Source: Azolla caroliniana (Eukaryota; Plantae; Polypodiophyta). Taken from it: a stretch of 64,000 bases of DNA. The position numbers were made by a program, and so were the translations under genes. The notes beneath the pieces were generated by a model. It was not told the origin of the DNA, ran no database searches, and saw nothing but the letters and a program-made list of their open reading frames with translations. Positions within the stretch are counted from its first letter, which is position 1. Every line of letters begins with the position of its first letter. The stretch spans positions 7,440,001 to 7,504,000 of the forward strand of contig JBHGNT010000006.1 in assembly GCA_043228905.1 (NCBI GenBank). The letters run 5' to 3'. Positions 13,255 to 27,233 of the stretch are shown here, piece by piece.

Positions 13255-13715
13255 TGTTGGCTAGATTATGGAGGACAAGTGGGGGACGAGTAGGGAATGG
13301 AAATTAGTATTAGTAATTAATTAGTTTAATTATGATAGGAACGAACGGATCCGGAATAGTTGCACTGATCCGGATCTGGACCGATTCGTAGCCGGTTTCC
13401 AGTATGACACCGTTTTGTAATAAGAACCGGAGGCCTATTAAAGGATTTGAAAAGTGATGTAATGATGCGGAAGTAATATAAGTCTGAGCCATAATTCAAG
13501 ATTGTGTATCTTGTTTACTACCGTCTGTGCTTAATCTTCTATCTTACGCGTGTTAAGCAAATAGTGTTATATTGTGATTCCGTAACCGCTCAGGTAATAG
13601 TCGGATCAGGATCATATCTGTGCCGGTTAACATCCTACCCGTAACCACCCCTTTGATGAAGTGATTTGGAAGGACACCCTGTGTTTGTGGTTAGTCCAGC
13701 CCAAGATAAACAACA
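13255..13715 (+). repeat. 3' LTR of the Gypsy element
   Basis: TGTTG...CAACA termini. Direct repeat of 1726-2182, roughly 10-15% diverged by eye. Confidence 0.9.
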
Positions 13716-15996
13716 GTGTCCCAAGTAATTTATGCTTAATGGGGGCATTACATCATATATTTCACTCTCGATATATGTTCATCCAAGATGCTCATTTAGC
13801 CCATTATTGTTTGCTATTATTACTCCTCGCTTATTGGTGATGTTATGAAGGTGTGCAACTAATGGTGACATTTTGTGCCTACACCTTCCATATGGGGGCC
13901 AATTGGTGGCACAAGCTTGGGCAGATGATCATTTTATGTTTTTACGAGTCTCATGTGATAATATTGAGAAGGACATACTTGTTTGCGTTGGCATCCGGAA
14001 TACATATTAATTGGAGGAAGTCTTGCCCCATCTCATGTATTGTAAGGGATTTGGAATTTCTAGGATGATAGGTATCCCTAGTTAGAAAAGGCTTAGTTTT
14101 TCGACACTTGGGGTATCCATTAGGAATGAAAGTTATGAATGGAAATTTGACTGAATGGATGTCTAGGAAGTTAACAAATAAGTTCATGTATTGGACTGAA
14201 TGCATGTGTGAAGGTTGTACAATGTATTAAGGAATTCAAGACATTATAGTATTTGGCATTGTTTCCTTAGACAAAGAAGGCTTTGCATTTCGTGTACAAC
14301 CTCTTCGATATTTATTATTTAGAAAGAGGGATAAGATGAGAATCACATGGGTTGTGTGGAATCATCTTGCAACCCTTAAGGGCTTGGGGATGCTACGATA
14401 TTAGACTTATTAATGCATATGATGGCTTGTAAATTTTCATTATTGCAAGACATGTGTTAAGACTCACAACCATGGATATTTGTTGCTCAATATTTCATGG
14501 AGAACAAGGGTTTAACACATGGGACGACAATGATTAAGGGTTCAAGTTGGCAATTATTGAACAAGTGTATTCCACTTAGGATTCCTCGCTCTTCATGTAT
14601 TAAACACTTGGTTGTCTCATGGCATGAAGCACCCTTGTTATTTGTATGGAAACTATTATCTAGTAGAGAGCATTGTATTTTTTAGAAAAGGAGTTGCTTG
14701 TGTCTTGACAATTATTATGTCAGCAATAGAAAGGAGAGACTGTGCTCTTAATTTAATATGTTGTTTTGTTTAGGGATCAAAGAGGTGGGAGATATATTTG
14801 AGGCTCGATCCCAAAGAATTATGGAGTTTGTTGAAGCACAACAATTATTATGCATCCCACCCAATTATGGTTTATCTGACAACAAGTACAAAATATCGCG
14901 TTGATGCAAGGTCCTGCACCTCTACAAATAGAAGCAATTGTGGGTTGATTGGTGTTTACGAGGTCAAATGCCATTTTTACAAGTGACTACTAATCGCTTT
15001 TATTATTGTGTCATTAAGTCTCTCTAATGGCTATAATCTACAGCTGAACAAGAATAGAAAGTGCATAACTTTGACTATGGATTGTAGCACATCTTAAAAT
15101 GTTGTTGGCATTCTTAAAATCTAACTCCAAACTTGGCAAGCTATAGGACATTGTATAAAATTGTCACTTGTAGTGAAGGTCTTCATTTGGAGAGTTTTGA
15201 TTAGGGTTTGCCTTTGGGATTAGATTTAAAACAACGTGGACTAGCAATAGGGCATTGATTCTTTTGCACTGTTTAATTGGAATATAGTACCCATCGTTTT
15301 ATACAATGTCTTATAGCTTGCCAAGTTAGGAGTTAAATTTCTTAGATTTGGTGATTTTTGTGATGATGTTGTTTGACGCAAGAATAGTGGGTGTTTGCAC
15401 AATTCAAATAGGTTGACCAAAAACCAAAGATGGAGGTCATTTTCCTATTTTTGAGATATTTGGTGTTGCATCATAATTGAGATATATGCAAAGCTTTTGT
15501 ATTTGATGACAACCATGGAGCCAAAGCATGTCTATCAAAGTTAGAGGGAGTACTAATGTTGTAATTTCCTTTATTGGAGCAAGTAGAAATTCTCTCATTG
15601 GTGTACGGTTTGTTTTGCGTATTGACAATTCAACATGTTCCACTACCCATGTATTGGTGTCCATAATGCATTGTGATGCCCATTGTAAGTAGTGTTTTTC
15701 ACATACATTCACGTTTATCTTATTATGTTTTTAGCAAGAAAAAGTGAGCCTAGATGTATGTAGCTTAGTTGGTAAGTTTGCCCAATGGTGAAAGTTGATG
15801 AAAGGTATTCTCAAGTGGAATTTCTGGATGTTAAAGCATGTGGGGATCATTTCTTGAAATACATATTTAGGTTTTTTAGTTGTGTTATAGGATGTCCCTC
15901 TCTCTACATAGGATAGGAATCATCGATAGGTAGAGGAGACTAAGAAGTGTTGTAACAAGTGCATTTTACATACAATTAATATAATTGTGTGCTTTT

Positions 15997-15999
<3 letters not shown>
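13716..15999 (+). mobile_element. Degenerate L1-type LINE, right part (RT C-terminus, zf-RVT region, 3' end)
   Basis: Peptides RCSFSPLLFAII, IHINWRKS and RHLGYPLG. 14490-15730 is homologous to the minus-strand copy at 38794-40008. A 3'-end-like segment precedes (GA)n at 16000. Confidence 0.75.

Positions 16000-16045
<46 letters not shown>
16000..16045. repeat. (GA)n microsatellite
   Basis: Perfect dinucleotide run. Confidence 0.97.
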
Positions 16046-16047
<2 letters not shown>

Positions 16048-16568
16048 TTTATACACACATCTATACTGTTTTGACTTATAAATCTCTATTTGTGCTTTTT
16101 AGTTATAGTTATCGTTACCCTTGTTCCACGAATAAAGACATGGGACACAACATGTTAAAAAAATCTTCTTTGTTTTGGGTTGTTTTATTGGTGATGGCGG
16201 TGCGGCACAGTGACATGTGCAGTGAGGTATTGTGGCTCTAGAACTTATTCAATTTGATGATGAAACATTGACTTTGGAATAATTGAATTAGCTTGGGGTA
16301 CAAACAAGAGAAGGCTTGGAATATTTGAAACTTGGTGTGCAAGAAAGTGGCAACCAGCTATCAATATTTTATGCATGTGGGTTTTGTTGTTGGTGAGAAT
16401 TGGTTTAAATATATATAGTAAAGGTACATAGCATAACTCATAACTGTAAAGGGTTCTTATATAGAAACTCTATATATGCATCTCTCTACACATATATAAA
16501 GGGCCATTACAAACTTGGTTTGGTGTTAGTATCAAGAGGTGCATGCAAATAGGAAGTCCATTGGTATT

Positions 16569-18405
16569 ATGAACAACAACAACAACAACAAGAAGGTGTT
16601 ATTGAATGGTTATTTGGAGCCTTTGAGACCATTAGGGAGTGGTGCCACGGGGATTGTGTTCTTGGCTAGACAGATACAACGAGAGGACGAGTTACCAGAG
16701 GAGAGCGTTCACACCCGGCCAAACCGGCCGGATTATCGTGCTTGGGAGAGCTTGGTGGCCGTAAAAGCGTTCAGGCGGTCCCGCAAAAGTGACCTCCGTC
16801 AATCGGAGAACGAAGAAGGGATCCTCGGGCGTGTCCCGCCTCACCCTTTCCTCCCCTATCTCCACGCGGCCTTCGACTTTGCCGACTTCCGGTTCCTCGC
16901 TCTCGAGTTTTGTGCCGGTGGCGACCTCGACGGGCTCCGCAAGTCCCTCCCCGACAGACGCTTCTCGCCATCGGCCATAAGGTGACCTTTTCCGATGCCC
17001 TTTCCCAAACCCATGGTTCCATAGTGTTGGGTTGTTTCCCCAACACATAGGCACTACCTCTACATCATTTTTTGTGTGTGATTAGAAGCTACTCACTCCC
17101 CTTTTAGCATTTCATGCACTTAGAAAGCACTCCCTACCCCCATCTGCTTCGCACATTACCCCTCACCATCTCCATTTCATATGCTATCAAAAGAAAAATA
17201 CTCCTACCCTTAGCATTTCATCTCAATTCTATGCTAAAAACAATGTTTTTGATTCATCTGACTGGTGTATTCAAATTTCTAATCCTCCCATACATACCTA
17301 CAGATTCTATGCGGCCGAGATTGTGCTCGCGTTGGGACATCTCCACCGCCACGGGGTCGTGTACCGCGATCTTAAACCCGAAAATATCCTCCTCACGTCG
17401 GACGGACACATCAAGCTCACCGATTTCGACCTCTCGGCTTCATTGGCGCCCAAATCGCCCCGAATTCCCCCTGGGGCCGACGGGATCCTGAGAGGAGACG
17501 ATCTTGGCATCGGCATCGGCTCGGATGGGACATTCCGACCCGCTAGAAACATGGGGTGCTTGAGTGTGGGTAGGAAGTTTATGGTGCCGAAAGCGGTGTC
17601 ACGGAATGCCCAACGCGTGGCGCCCGGGCCGGGCACGCCGCCAGAGTCCAATCGATTTTCCCCTGCCCACACTTCAGCATTGGCCCCCGAATCAGGATGT
17701 GCTAATGTCAACAATGGCCCCCCGGGTTCTGCCCTTTCGTCGTCTACTACTGATCCTAATCATCATCACCACACGAAGTCACATTCGCTAGTGGGCACCG
17801 AGGAATACGTGGCACCCGAGATGATAGAGGGCCAAGGGGGCCACGACTTCGCGGTCGACTGGTGGGCCCTCGGGGTCTTGCTCTACGAGATGACATACGG
17901 CAAGACACCGTTCAAAGGAACCACGTTGGACGAGACATTCCACAACATTCTCCATAAAGAATTGTCTTTCCCCGGTGGGGGCCGATCACTTACTACTCCG
18001 GTTTCTTCTTCTTTGTCGAAGTCTAATCCTTCTAAACTTTCGTCATTGCCGACAAGCTACACGTTACAACTAGGCGTTTTGCAAGATTTGGTCGCAAAAC
18101 TCCTAGTGAAAGAACCCCGTCAACGTCTCGGCTTTTGGTCGGACGCTCTTGAGATTCAAGCGCATCCTTTCTTTTCAGGTGTCCATTGGGACTCCCTTCA
18201 TCACATCACTAGGGCCCCATTCATCCCTCTTGTGGAATTGTCTCAACAATTTAGTTATAGTCAATATAGGGATATTGAAATCAAAAGGGATGCCCAAGGC
18301 ACCTTTGATTTGATATCACACCTTGTGACAGTGGAAAGTGCTCGTGACGAGGCAAGGTCTCGTAGGAGAAACTTACATAAACAAAAGGCTTCCAAAGTTT
18401 TTTAA
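16569..18405 (+). CDS. AGCVIII Ser/Thr protein kinase, AGC2 (OXI1/UNICORN-like) group. Exons 16569-16981 and 17304-18405
   Basis: Motifs LGSGATG, VAVK, YRDLKPEN, plant-AGC DFD, a long insert, VGTEEYVAPE and HDFAVDWW. The GT-AG intron splits IR|FYAAE in frame. Confidence 0.93.
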
Positions 18406-21038
18406 ACTAAAGTCACCGAGAAGAGTCTCAATATAAAGTAGTGCACCCCTAGACGTCAAAGTTTTTCTTTGAGCTTCAAAACCATGCCATAATCCCAAAA
18501 TGGCATATCGAGCTTTTCGTAATTTAAGTATTTATCCACACCCTGTGTATATACTAATGGATGGCATAATTTAGCTTCCTCATAACATAATACCCTTGGT
18601 AAGGAGTTCATGTCTCATGAAATGGATTACCTCATCAATATTATTATTCTTATTATTATTTTCAAGAAAACATATCCTTCCATTAGTTTTAAAAAGCATA
18701 TCAGCTACGAAATACAAAATTGATGGAAAGGAAATGACTATCCTTCCCAACCCATCTTGTGTAAGACAATGGCTAGCCATGAATCCTTCGTTTGATAGAC
18801 TCGATTGAGCACTTCCTCAATAGCTGAGACATACCATGAATTTGCATATACTCGAAGCAAATCAATCTTCCTCATCATGTTCATATTTAACATATCCAGA
18901 TACCACATTTGGGTCATCTAATCCTTGAAAAACTTTATATGCATCCAATATACCACCACATTTAGTGTACATCCAATATACCTCATCGATATTCAATGAT
19001 CTCATAACCAATCAAATGTTCAATGCTCTCTTTGTACTTTCTTATCACCTCATAGTACTAAGTTAGTGGGAATTGCCCGAGATTTTGTTTTTATGCTACC
19101 TGAAAATGAACATAAATTTGTTAAGTTCTTTGTACTTATTGTTTGTAAATCTAGTTATGTGAACTATCGTGGGCTTCTTGTGCAAGTGTCTCCTTGCCCC
19201 CAATAAAGGGATCCTTAACATCAAACCGAAAAATTGCCATACAAATTTTCTACAACTTGTTTTGTTCTTTGCAAGCTCATGACATGCTCCATTTTGTACA
19301 ATTAATTACTTGGGAAACCATAATCTAATGCAATCCATTCATTGTTTACATTTGATGAAGAAAACTTCAATCTAATGACCATTGAGCTTTGCTTCAAAAG
19401 TGAGGAAGTGTACACAATGCACACTCTTCTCCGTGTTCCTTGACTTTTTGTCATTGTAGTGATTATTTGCTTCGATTAGTTCTAAGTTCTAATGTAGTCT
19501 ACACTTTGATTTTGGAAAACTTTTTTTTTCCTTTGGTTTTCTATGCATATTCTTATTCCATGCTCATTGTTCTACGAATTATAAAACGACTCGCTAGCCG
19601 TTCACATGCCTTATGCATTGTCGACATTATACTTTTTAAAATCGTTAACATGGATAACAAAAAATGTTAATGAGTGTTCACATAAATATGTGCAAGAATA
19701 AGCTAAACAATATTCCAATTATTAGTCAATGCTTATTTTCACAACCATGTATGTTGCGTGTTTGCAATATGGAAATACGTTCAGGAAGAGAACAAGAATA
19801 CGAAGAGAAAATGATAGTTCAAAGAGGATACACAGAAATTCCATTACATTACTTATATAATCTTTAGTTGAACATGCATTTAGTATAATTTCCTTATTTA
19901 GTGAGGCGTTCATTTGAGTACAATTTATTTGGTTTGTAATATATTCATGGATATGTCATCTCTTAAAATAAACCTCAACAATATGCAAGTCTTAGAAAAA
20001 CACTATATTTTTTGTATGGAGTAGCAAAATAAATTTCCTAAGTTGAACGCAAGTTTAAGAGGTTTACGTGTAGGCCAATTCAAGTGGGAGGTTAAGGGTT
20101 TTATGTGTATCCGTAGTGGGGAGAAATTGCATCCAAATTCATTGAAGAACCAATGCTTCCTTTTTAAAATAAATCACACTTGCACATCAAGCCATTTGGT
20201 ATTCATAGGATATACCAAGTCATCCCACGTGTTCATCATAGAGAGACAAAGATTGGGGTTAGCATAGTAGATCTTCTATGTAGTTAGATTTTGACTTTGG
20301 GAATCATGCACCTTACACTTCTTGCAAAATTTTGAAAGGCTTCATATTATATTGATGGGTCGACAATTTCCTCAACCAAAAATTCCACTTTTTATTGGCC
20401 CAAATATTCTTTGAATGAATAGACCATCAAACTCTAGCTTATGTGTCTTATGATGAAATGTCGATGGTTAATTAATGGTGTGTCTATTGTCGTAATGTGG
20501 CGGGTGCGCCTCTTCTCTCACTATCAAAAGGGGACTAGAGGGCTTGTTTTAGGGTTCGACCATATTGGGGTTTTAGAGTTTTTTTTGAAATATTGTGTCT
20601 TCTGCTTCTTCTTCTTAAGTTTTAGTGTTTTTTTCCAACTATTTCTTTATGGTCATTTCTTTGTATTTGCCATATGCAATCACTCATTATAGACCCTAGT
20701 TTGAAAAGGGAACATCTTGTAAACAAATGTTACAAATTAGTGGTGTTTGTCTCAACTTAGGAGTTTGTTGTTTTTTTAGGCATGGATAATTAGTCTTAAT
20801 CCCCGTTATCCTTGAGTAAGCATGTTGAGTGGAGAAAAATAACGTGAGAGGTTGATTCCTAAAGTCGACGAGAAGGCCATTCCTCAAAGTGTTTGCTTGA
20901 ACAATTATATGCACTGCACACTCACAAACCCCAATTAATGAAATTCAAGAAAAGTAAATTTATTGTCGGCTAAGGCTTTCTTCTGGATACGCCAAAAAGT
21001 CATTACATGGTAAAGCATAATGGGATTAGAGCATTCAA

Positions 21039-21119
21039 TTTACATACATTGCCTCTATACACCAAAATGTCTCATTACATACATTGCCTCTATACACCAA
21101 AATGTCTCATTACATACAT
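21039..21119 (+). repeat. 35-bp tandem duplication
   Basis: ttacatacattgcctctatacaccaaaatgtctca occurs twice plus a partial copy. Confidence 0.85.
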
Positions 21120-23204
21120 CGCCACCATAATACAAAAGGCTATGGGAAAGCTTGCTATGAAACAAATGTGAGCTTTTTCGTTAATGCATAAACATCAAAG
21201 GTAGGGGCTTTTGCAAACTTTCTTTGGTCCCTTTTACATTATAATAAATTGAAGTGGTTGCACTTGGTGAAAGCCAATAATCAATTAAGGTCGGTGTACA
21301 TAAAACTTGTAATTATTTCAGTGCTTTGGAGAATTTAATTAATGAAAGTACAATACGACAAGGTGGAGAGTTGACCTCATTTATCTTTATTGATCCCCTG
21401 CTTAGTTGGGACACTCGTCACAGTCTTCTACGACTAGTGCCATTCACTACATATATCTCCAATATATATTGATTGTCATCATTCTAGCTCAATCCGTCGC
21501 GATTGTTCTACTCCATCACTAATTAGAAAGTCAAATCTTTAATGAAGTTTCTCCATCTCCATAACGTTCATAAAGGTTATCTTATTTTTTCCATCTAAGA
21601 ACAAATCCTCCATAGCAAGTTGTCAAAATGTCACAAGGGTATCCATAAATGAGTAAGTGCTGTCCAATTATAGCCATATCATGCATATTATAAATGTCGA
21701 AATTTATAATATTGTTGTGTTGTAAAGGACGATGCTATCATGTTTTTTTTTTTCCCAAAAAGATGCTATCATGTTTTCTTAATGGGTAGATATCAATGTC
21801 ACGTATATAATGCCGTTTTTTTCGAAGTAAACAATTGTTATAAGGAGACTTTATAATGAAGACCCCATCATCGTGTTTATATATTTGAGTTAGAATTTTA
21901 ATAATATAATTGTTTTGCATAACGAATCATTTGGGCACACGTCTAAAGGGTCTCATATAGCTATTATATAAATGCAATGTTTGCACATTATGCCTTAACA
22001 CATATTAACATCTTAATGTTCCTCATACTATAACTTTGTTTCTTTAATGTAACGAAAACCATATTTTTACTAATCAAGCTTTACATTGTAGTACAATCAA
22101 AGAAGAAACACCTTAATTAGCTAATTTATCATTGGAACGATTCCTAAGGTTAGTTAAGAAAGTGACACAAGCAAACCTCAATCTGATCTTGTATCAATAC
22201 TAATGTTGCATCTCCCTACCTCTACAAACAATCATGTCATTCCTTACATCAACAAACATAGGATTTTATTTATTCTTAGATGATGCCTTTTGATCCCGAT
22301 CCCCCTGGCTTTTGAATTTAATGATAACACCTTCATTCACGTGCATATACTAATTCTTTATACTCTCTCTCTCTCTCTCCAAGATTATTTAGCATTGATA
22401 AGTTTCTCAAAAAGATAGATTTCACTACCCAAGCCTTGTCGTTATATAATTTTATATACATTAATTATTACACCACAATTATTGATGGAAAATCATTGAC
22501 TTTTGAGTTTCTTATTTGCCCCCCACACTTCATAACCGTTTTGACATAGGGAAATCTACCAAACTACCCTAAAATGGAATAGGGTTTGATAGACATTACG
22601 CCATCATCCATGTATTATAGAAGTGCACTTCTTTTAGTCTTTCAGTTACCTTTACATGTTGACTTCTATGCAAAGTAGTGCAAATTGCCTAATCAAATCT
22701 TCTTTGCACTTGGTAATAATAGCTTCCATGCAATCATGCAATGTTCAAGAATTCTTTCTTTGATACGACATGGACATTGAAGACAAGCCATTTCTTTACC
22801 GTTGTGGACGGGGAAAGAGTTAAAATGTGGCACTGTGAAGTGACCGGACAAAGTGGGTTGGATCCGGTCCGTGGATCATGGAGACTGGACAATGCGGTTA
22901 TGGATTCGGTCCACAGATCACAATGGCCGGGTGGGCCGGACAATGTGGTGTAGGCTGGACAATTTATCATGTCCCCACACTAGGGTTAGGTTTGAGCTTT
23001 TTATTACATATTATTATTGGTCTTTCACTTCTATTCATGGGCTCTCAATTTTAGAAACCTGCAAAAGAGAGAGGAAGAATATGTACTTAGAATAGAGGCA
23101 AGCAGAGAGAGAGAGAGAGAGAGAGAAAGTAGAGAAGAAACATATATACATACGAGTCCCTTGTTCTTGTTCATTGTGCTTGTTCTGTGTGAGTTGACCC
23201 AGAC

Positions 23205-25826
23205 ATGGGAGATCAATTGAATGTTAATGATAAAGATGATGATGATCATCAGATTCAGCAGAGGCAGAAGCAGAAGCATGAAGATGGAGAGGAAGGGTTG
23301 CATGCCTCTCTCCTCATGGTGCCACCAGGCCCCCGCGAATCGGAGCACAAAGAGCAGCACTTCACGGCGGGAGATGTCATCCGAGACATCATCATCGGGA
23401 TGTCGGATGGGCTGACAGTGCCGTTTGCGCTTGCTGCCGGCCTCTCCGGTGCCAATGCATCCTCGTCTATCATCGTCACTGCCGGCCTCGCTGAAGTGGC
23501 CGCAGGTTCCATCGCCATGGGCCTCGGAGGGTATGCAAATCTCTATCTTAATCCTGCTCTTTATTGTCCCGTGTCGACCAAACAAGGATTTGTTCAATTT
23601 GTCAAGTTAAACAAGGATTTGTTCAATTTGTCAAGTTTGATATTCGATGCCCTATTCTTTTATTTCTCTTGCTCGCTTGCAATTGTTTTAATCAAATGAA
23701 TTTCGATATATCGACCAATTTAACAAGGATTTTTTAAACTGTCAATTTTGATTTGAAGCTCTATTCTTGTATTTTTCTCGCTTGCAATTGTTTTAATCGA
23801 ATGAATTTCGATATATATTGGCGAAAGCTATCGATAAATGTGTTTTCTGATTAGATTTGTGAGAGATTTGCTTGATTACAACGAATTAGTACATAATGTG
23901 TTGGACACAAAAATGAGATGTACAAGCACAAATATTAATAGAGCTGTCAATTTAGCTATAATTATTCGTGATGATGATATCAACAAGCTCATCAATCAAT
24001 GTAAAAAGATGAAAATATTGGTAATTTTTGGTACCATCTCTGGTAATCCTTATGGGATATCTGTTCTGATCTGCTCAGAATTAATCGGATACATGTGATA
24101 GGAACAATGCAAAATCGACGGTGATTATAGCATTGCCGTCCCAGTATCAATCATTTGAGTGATTCTTGTGGATCGTCCATATTTCGCAGCCTATGTCAGA
24201 GGTCCACCATTTGAGTATATCACGAAAGTTGCATTTCCAATGGCTCAAATAAACAGCCATGCATGTGGGGAAACCTGCAGTAATGTACATAACAACTGTT
24301 TTCTTGTACTATCCTTTTAAACCATGCACCATGCTGTTCTCGCCATTCGGTCAAGTTTCTTTACAGAAAATCTCAAAGAGATATGGCAGGGGGGTCTTTC
24401 TCAAATCATGTGGGGTCTTTCTAGTGGCCATCACTGTTTCTTTACCGAAAAGATTCAAAGGATTACCAAATCATTCTTTAGCCCAAATGATGACTACCAT
24501 GCATAATTACATACATACACATACACGCATATATTGTTAACATATATGCATGTACAGATAGCATCTGAATTAAAGCTAGGTTCTGGGCCGAAAGAAAAAT
24601 TATGTTTGAATTGTAACATATATTTTAAAAAGTCATCAGAAAATCAGTGAATTTTCATGCTAATAGTGAATCTGGAATTAATTTATATTATGCAGCTATT
24701 TGGCAGCCAAGAGTGATGCAGACCATTACCACAGAGAGAGGGCGCGCGAACATAAAGAGATCCAGGAAGTCCCAGACACTGGTAGAGATGTTTCTTTCTC
24801 TGTATGGTGCGTGTGTAGGAATTATATCAATATGGAAATGGCAACAACACTCTGAAATTATGGATCAAATGATTATATGTCTACAGAAGCTGATGAGGTA
24901 CGAGAGATCCTTTCGAAGTTTGGATTGAAGCCTGAAGAATACAATCCGGTCGTGCAAGCCTTGAGAAACCGACCAGACGATTGGGTAGAATTCATGATGC
25001 GGTAAGGTGCTACATTATATTTATATTTTTCTGAATTCTCTTCATAATCTTATTGTTCGGCCCTACCTGATGATGATAACACAATTCTTCGTCTCTCTCT
25101 GTCTAGAAAGTTGTCGGATCGTAAGATTTTTCGCCTGCCTGATAGTAATCTCTTCGAATAAAAAGCTTGAAATTGAGCCTTCACAAAGTTAATTTTCAAA
25201 CCCCCTGATAAGCTTTCATGACCCCATAAAAGGCATTATAAGATTTACCACATAAAATGTCTGTCCATGGAAACCGCAGAATTTATAAAAACTTATATGG
25301 ATGAATAAAATTATTGCATGAAAGAAGTGTTTTGATAAAATTTTGAGTTCAGCGCCTCGTGAATAGCCATGGATCATGATTGCATCGCATATATTTATGT
25401 GATAATTTGCTAATCCTTTTGTTAATGATCCACCTTATTTCTAAAGTCACACCCTCATTTGCTAGTTTCTAATAGGGTCTTTACACCTTCATTGTTACTT
25501 AAATGCAATTTGCTTTTTAATGTAAATTAAGGTTCGAGTTGGGTCTCGAAAAGCCAAATCCGAAGCGAGCATTGCAAAGTGCGTTGACCATCGCGGTTTC
25601 TTATATTCTCGGAGGTCTGATACCACTCTTTCCATACATGGTGATGAAGGATGTGGACATTGCATTGTTAACATCGGTTGCTTTCACACTAGTGGCCCTC
25701 CTCGTGTTTGGATTCGTGAAGGGCTACTTCACTGGCATGCAACCCATTATCAGTTCCCTTCAAACTGCGTTTATCGGGGCCATTGCTTCTGCCGCGGCCT
25801 TTGGAATAGCGCTCCTTATTCGCTAA
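23205..25826 (+). CDS. VIT1: Vacuolar iron transporter 1 (CCC1/VIT family). Exons 23205-23530, 24696-24781, 24887-25001, 25532-25826
   Basis: Peptides HFTAGDVIRDIIIGMSDGLTVPFALAAGLSG, EVAAGSIAMGLGG|YLAAKS and FMMR|FELGLEKP. All introns are GT-AG and keep frame. Confidence 0.95.
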
Positions 25827-27233
25827 CTTTGGTGTAATAACCCACTTGTTTTGGCGATATATATTGCATCATCCATAAGTTTTATATCATGAAACTTTAG
25901 GACAAGAGGAAAGACCGCCTGTCATTGCAAAAGATCGATCGCTCAACATTTTTGAGAGTGCAAACACAAAGGAAAAATTCGATGAACTTTTTGTGAGTGA
26001 ATAAAAAGGACACATCTTGGAGACCCAATGGGCTTCTAAGAAGCAATGCAGAGTAGTACATTACTCGCGTGATATCTGATTATACAATTTGGTTTTCGCA
26101 TACGAAATCCATAAATAAAAAATCAAATGCCTTGAAGTTGTGAGTGCTAGCTAGTGAGGGGAGTTTGCATGGCAAAACATGTGCACTTTTAAATGTGTAA
26201 ATTTCTCAATACTACTGAAGACTTATTTAATGAGTTCCCCAAATATTATGGGCGATTGTTATTAGGTTAAACATATGGTGCAATGCAACAAATGGAATCT
26301 GGATAGACTCAAATTCTACAATATTATTCTACAAATTCTCGGTCTTGACCTCACTCGTGTAGCATGATATGTGAACATAGTTATCTGTTATAGAATCAAT
26401 TTGGAGTCCTAATTGTGCCCGTGTAGTATAGTAACACCTTTCATCCAAAGGAGCTCAAATCTAAAGGTGTCAGCATATTCTTGTTTTGTAATATTCACCT
26501 TAGTTTTACATCATATAAACGTCAATGTCAAATTTGGATTAACGGCATTAGATGCGAATATTTTGGCATCATCATAGACATTTAAAGACGTTCTTGCGTA
26601 AAAAATGATTTGGGTTCAAACTTTGATATCAAAGGAACTATTAACTCATTTCTTGGTTAACCTAAGTATATTTAAGAGAGGAGAAATAGAGTAGAGCTTT
26701 GATCAAGAGAAAGATGTGGGCTCAATATAATGAATTACCTAGAAGCTACCCATAAATTTGATATTATTTTGCTACATGCATGTCTTGAGAAGGGAGCAAG
26801 CTAGGAATTCTCCTACAAAACCACCACCCTCTATTATAAGGTATATTAGTTTTGAGTAGATACTTATTCTTATTGGAGAGGGCATCCATAAAGTTTTTAT
26901 GTCAATGCGATGAAATGAACGCTTTGAGAAAGGTAATCACATAAAGTCTAACCATGATTAAACGAAAGCTTTGAGAAAGAATAACACAAGTTAGTTTAAC
27001 CTCCTAAGGGAAGAAAAGCTTTAGAAAATACGTTTGGATACTCAAGTTGAAAGGAAAGCATGACAAACTTGTTAAATATTAATCTTGTTTGGTTAAATTG
27101 GTTGTGAGAGGTTTCGGTACTCGAACGAAAGACATGGATTTTGATTAATGCATCTCACCAATGTGAATTTGAGTTCCATTAGAGGTGTCTTTGGTTTGGT
27201 AGCTAGTTTGAACCTTGAGCTTGAGTAGCTTGA

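Larger units (their letters stand above)
1726..13715 (+). mobile_element. Full-length degenerate Ty3/Gypsy LTR retrotransposon (non-chromovirus, Athila/Tat-like) with an extra 3' ORF and three nested insertions
   Basis: Direct ~455-bp LTRs. Domain order is gag (three CCHC knuckles, e.g. CYYCRKEGHYSSQC), protease (IVDGAFGVNV), RT (WLSPIVV, VDYRKLN, GFSGYNQI), RNase H (DESDIAIG, YYASRKL, TERE) and integrase (GGHY, DYCTKWVEA, YYPQANG). Confidence 0.95.

Noticed and set aside
18500-22700. Short ORFs in the AT-rich kinase-VIT1 intergenic region
   Set aside because: No recognisable domains or consistent splice structure.
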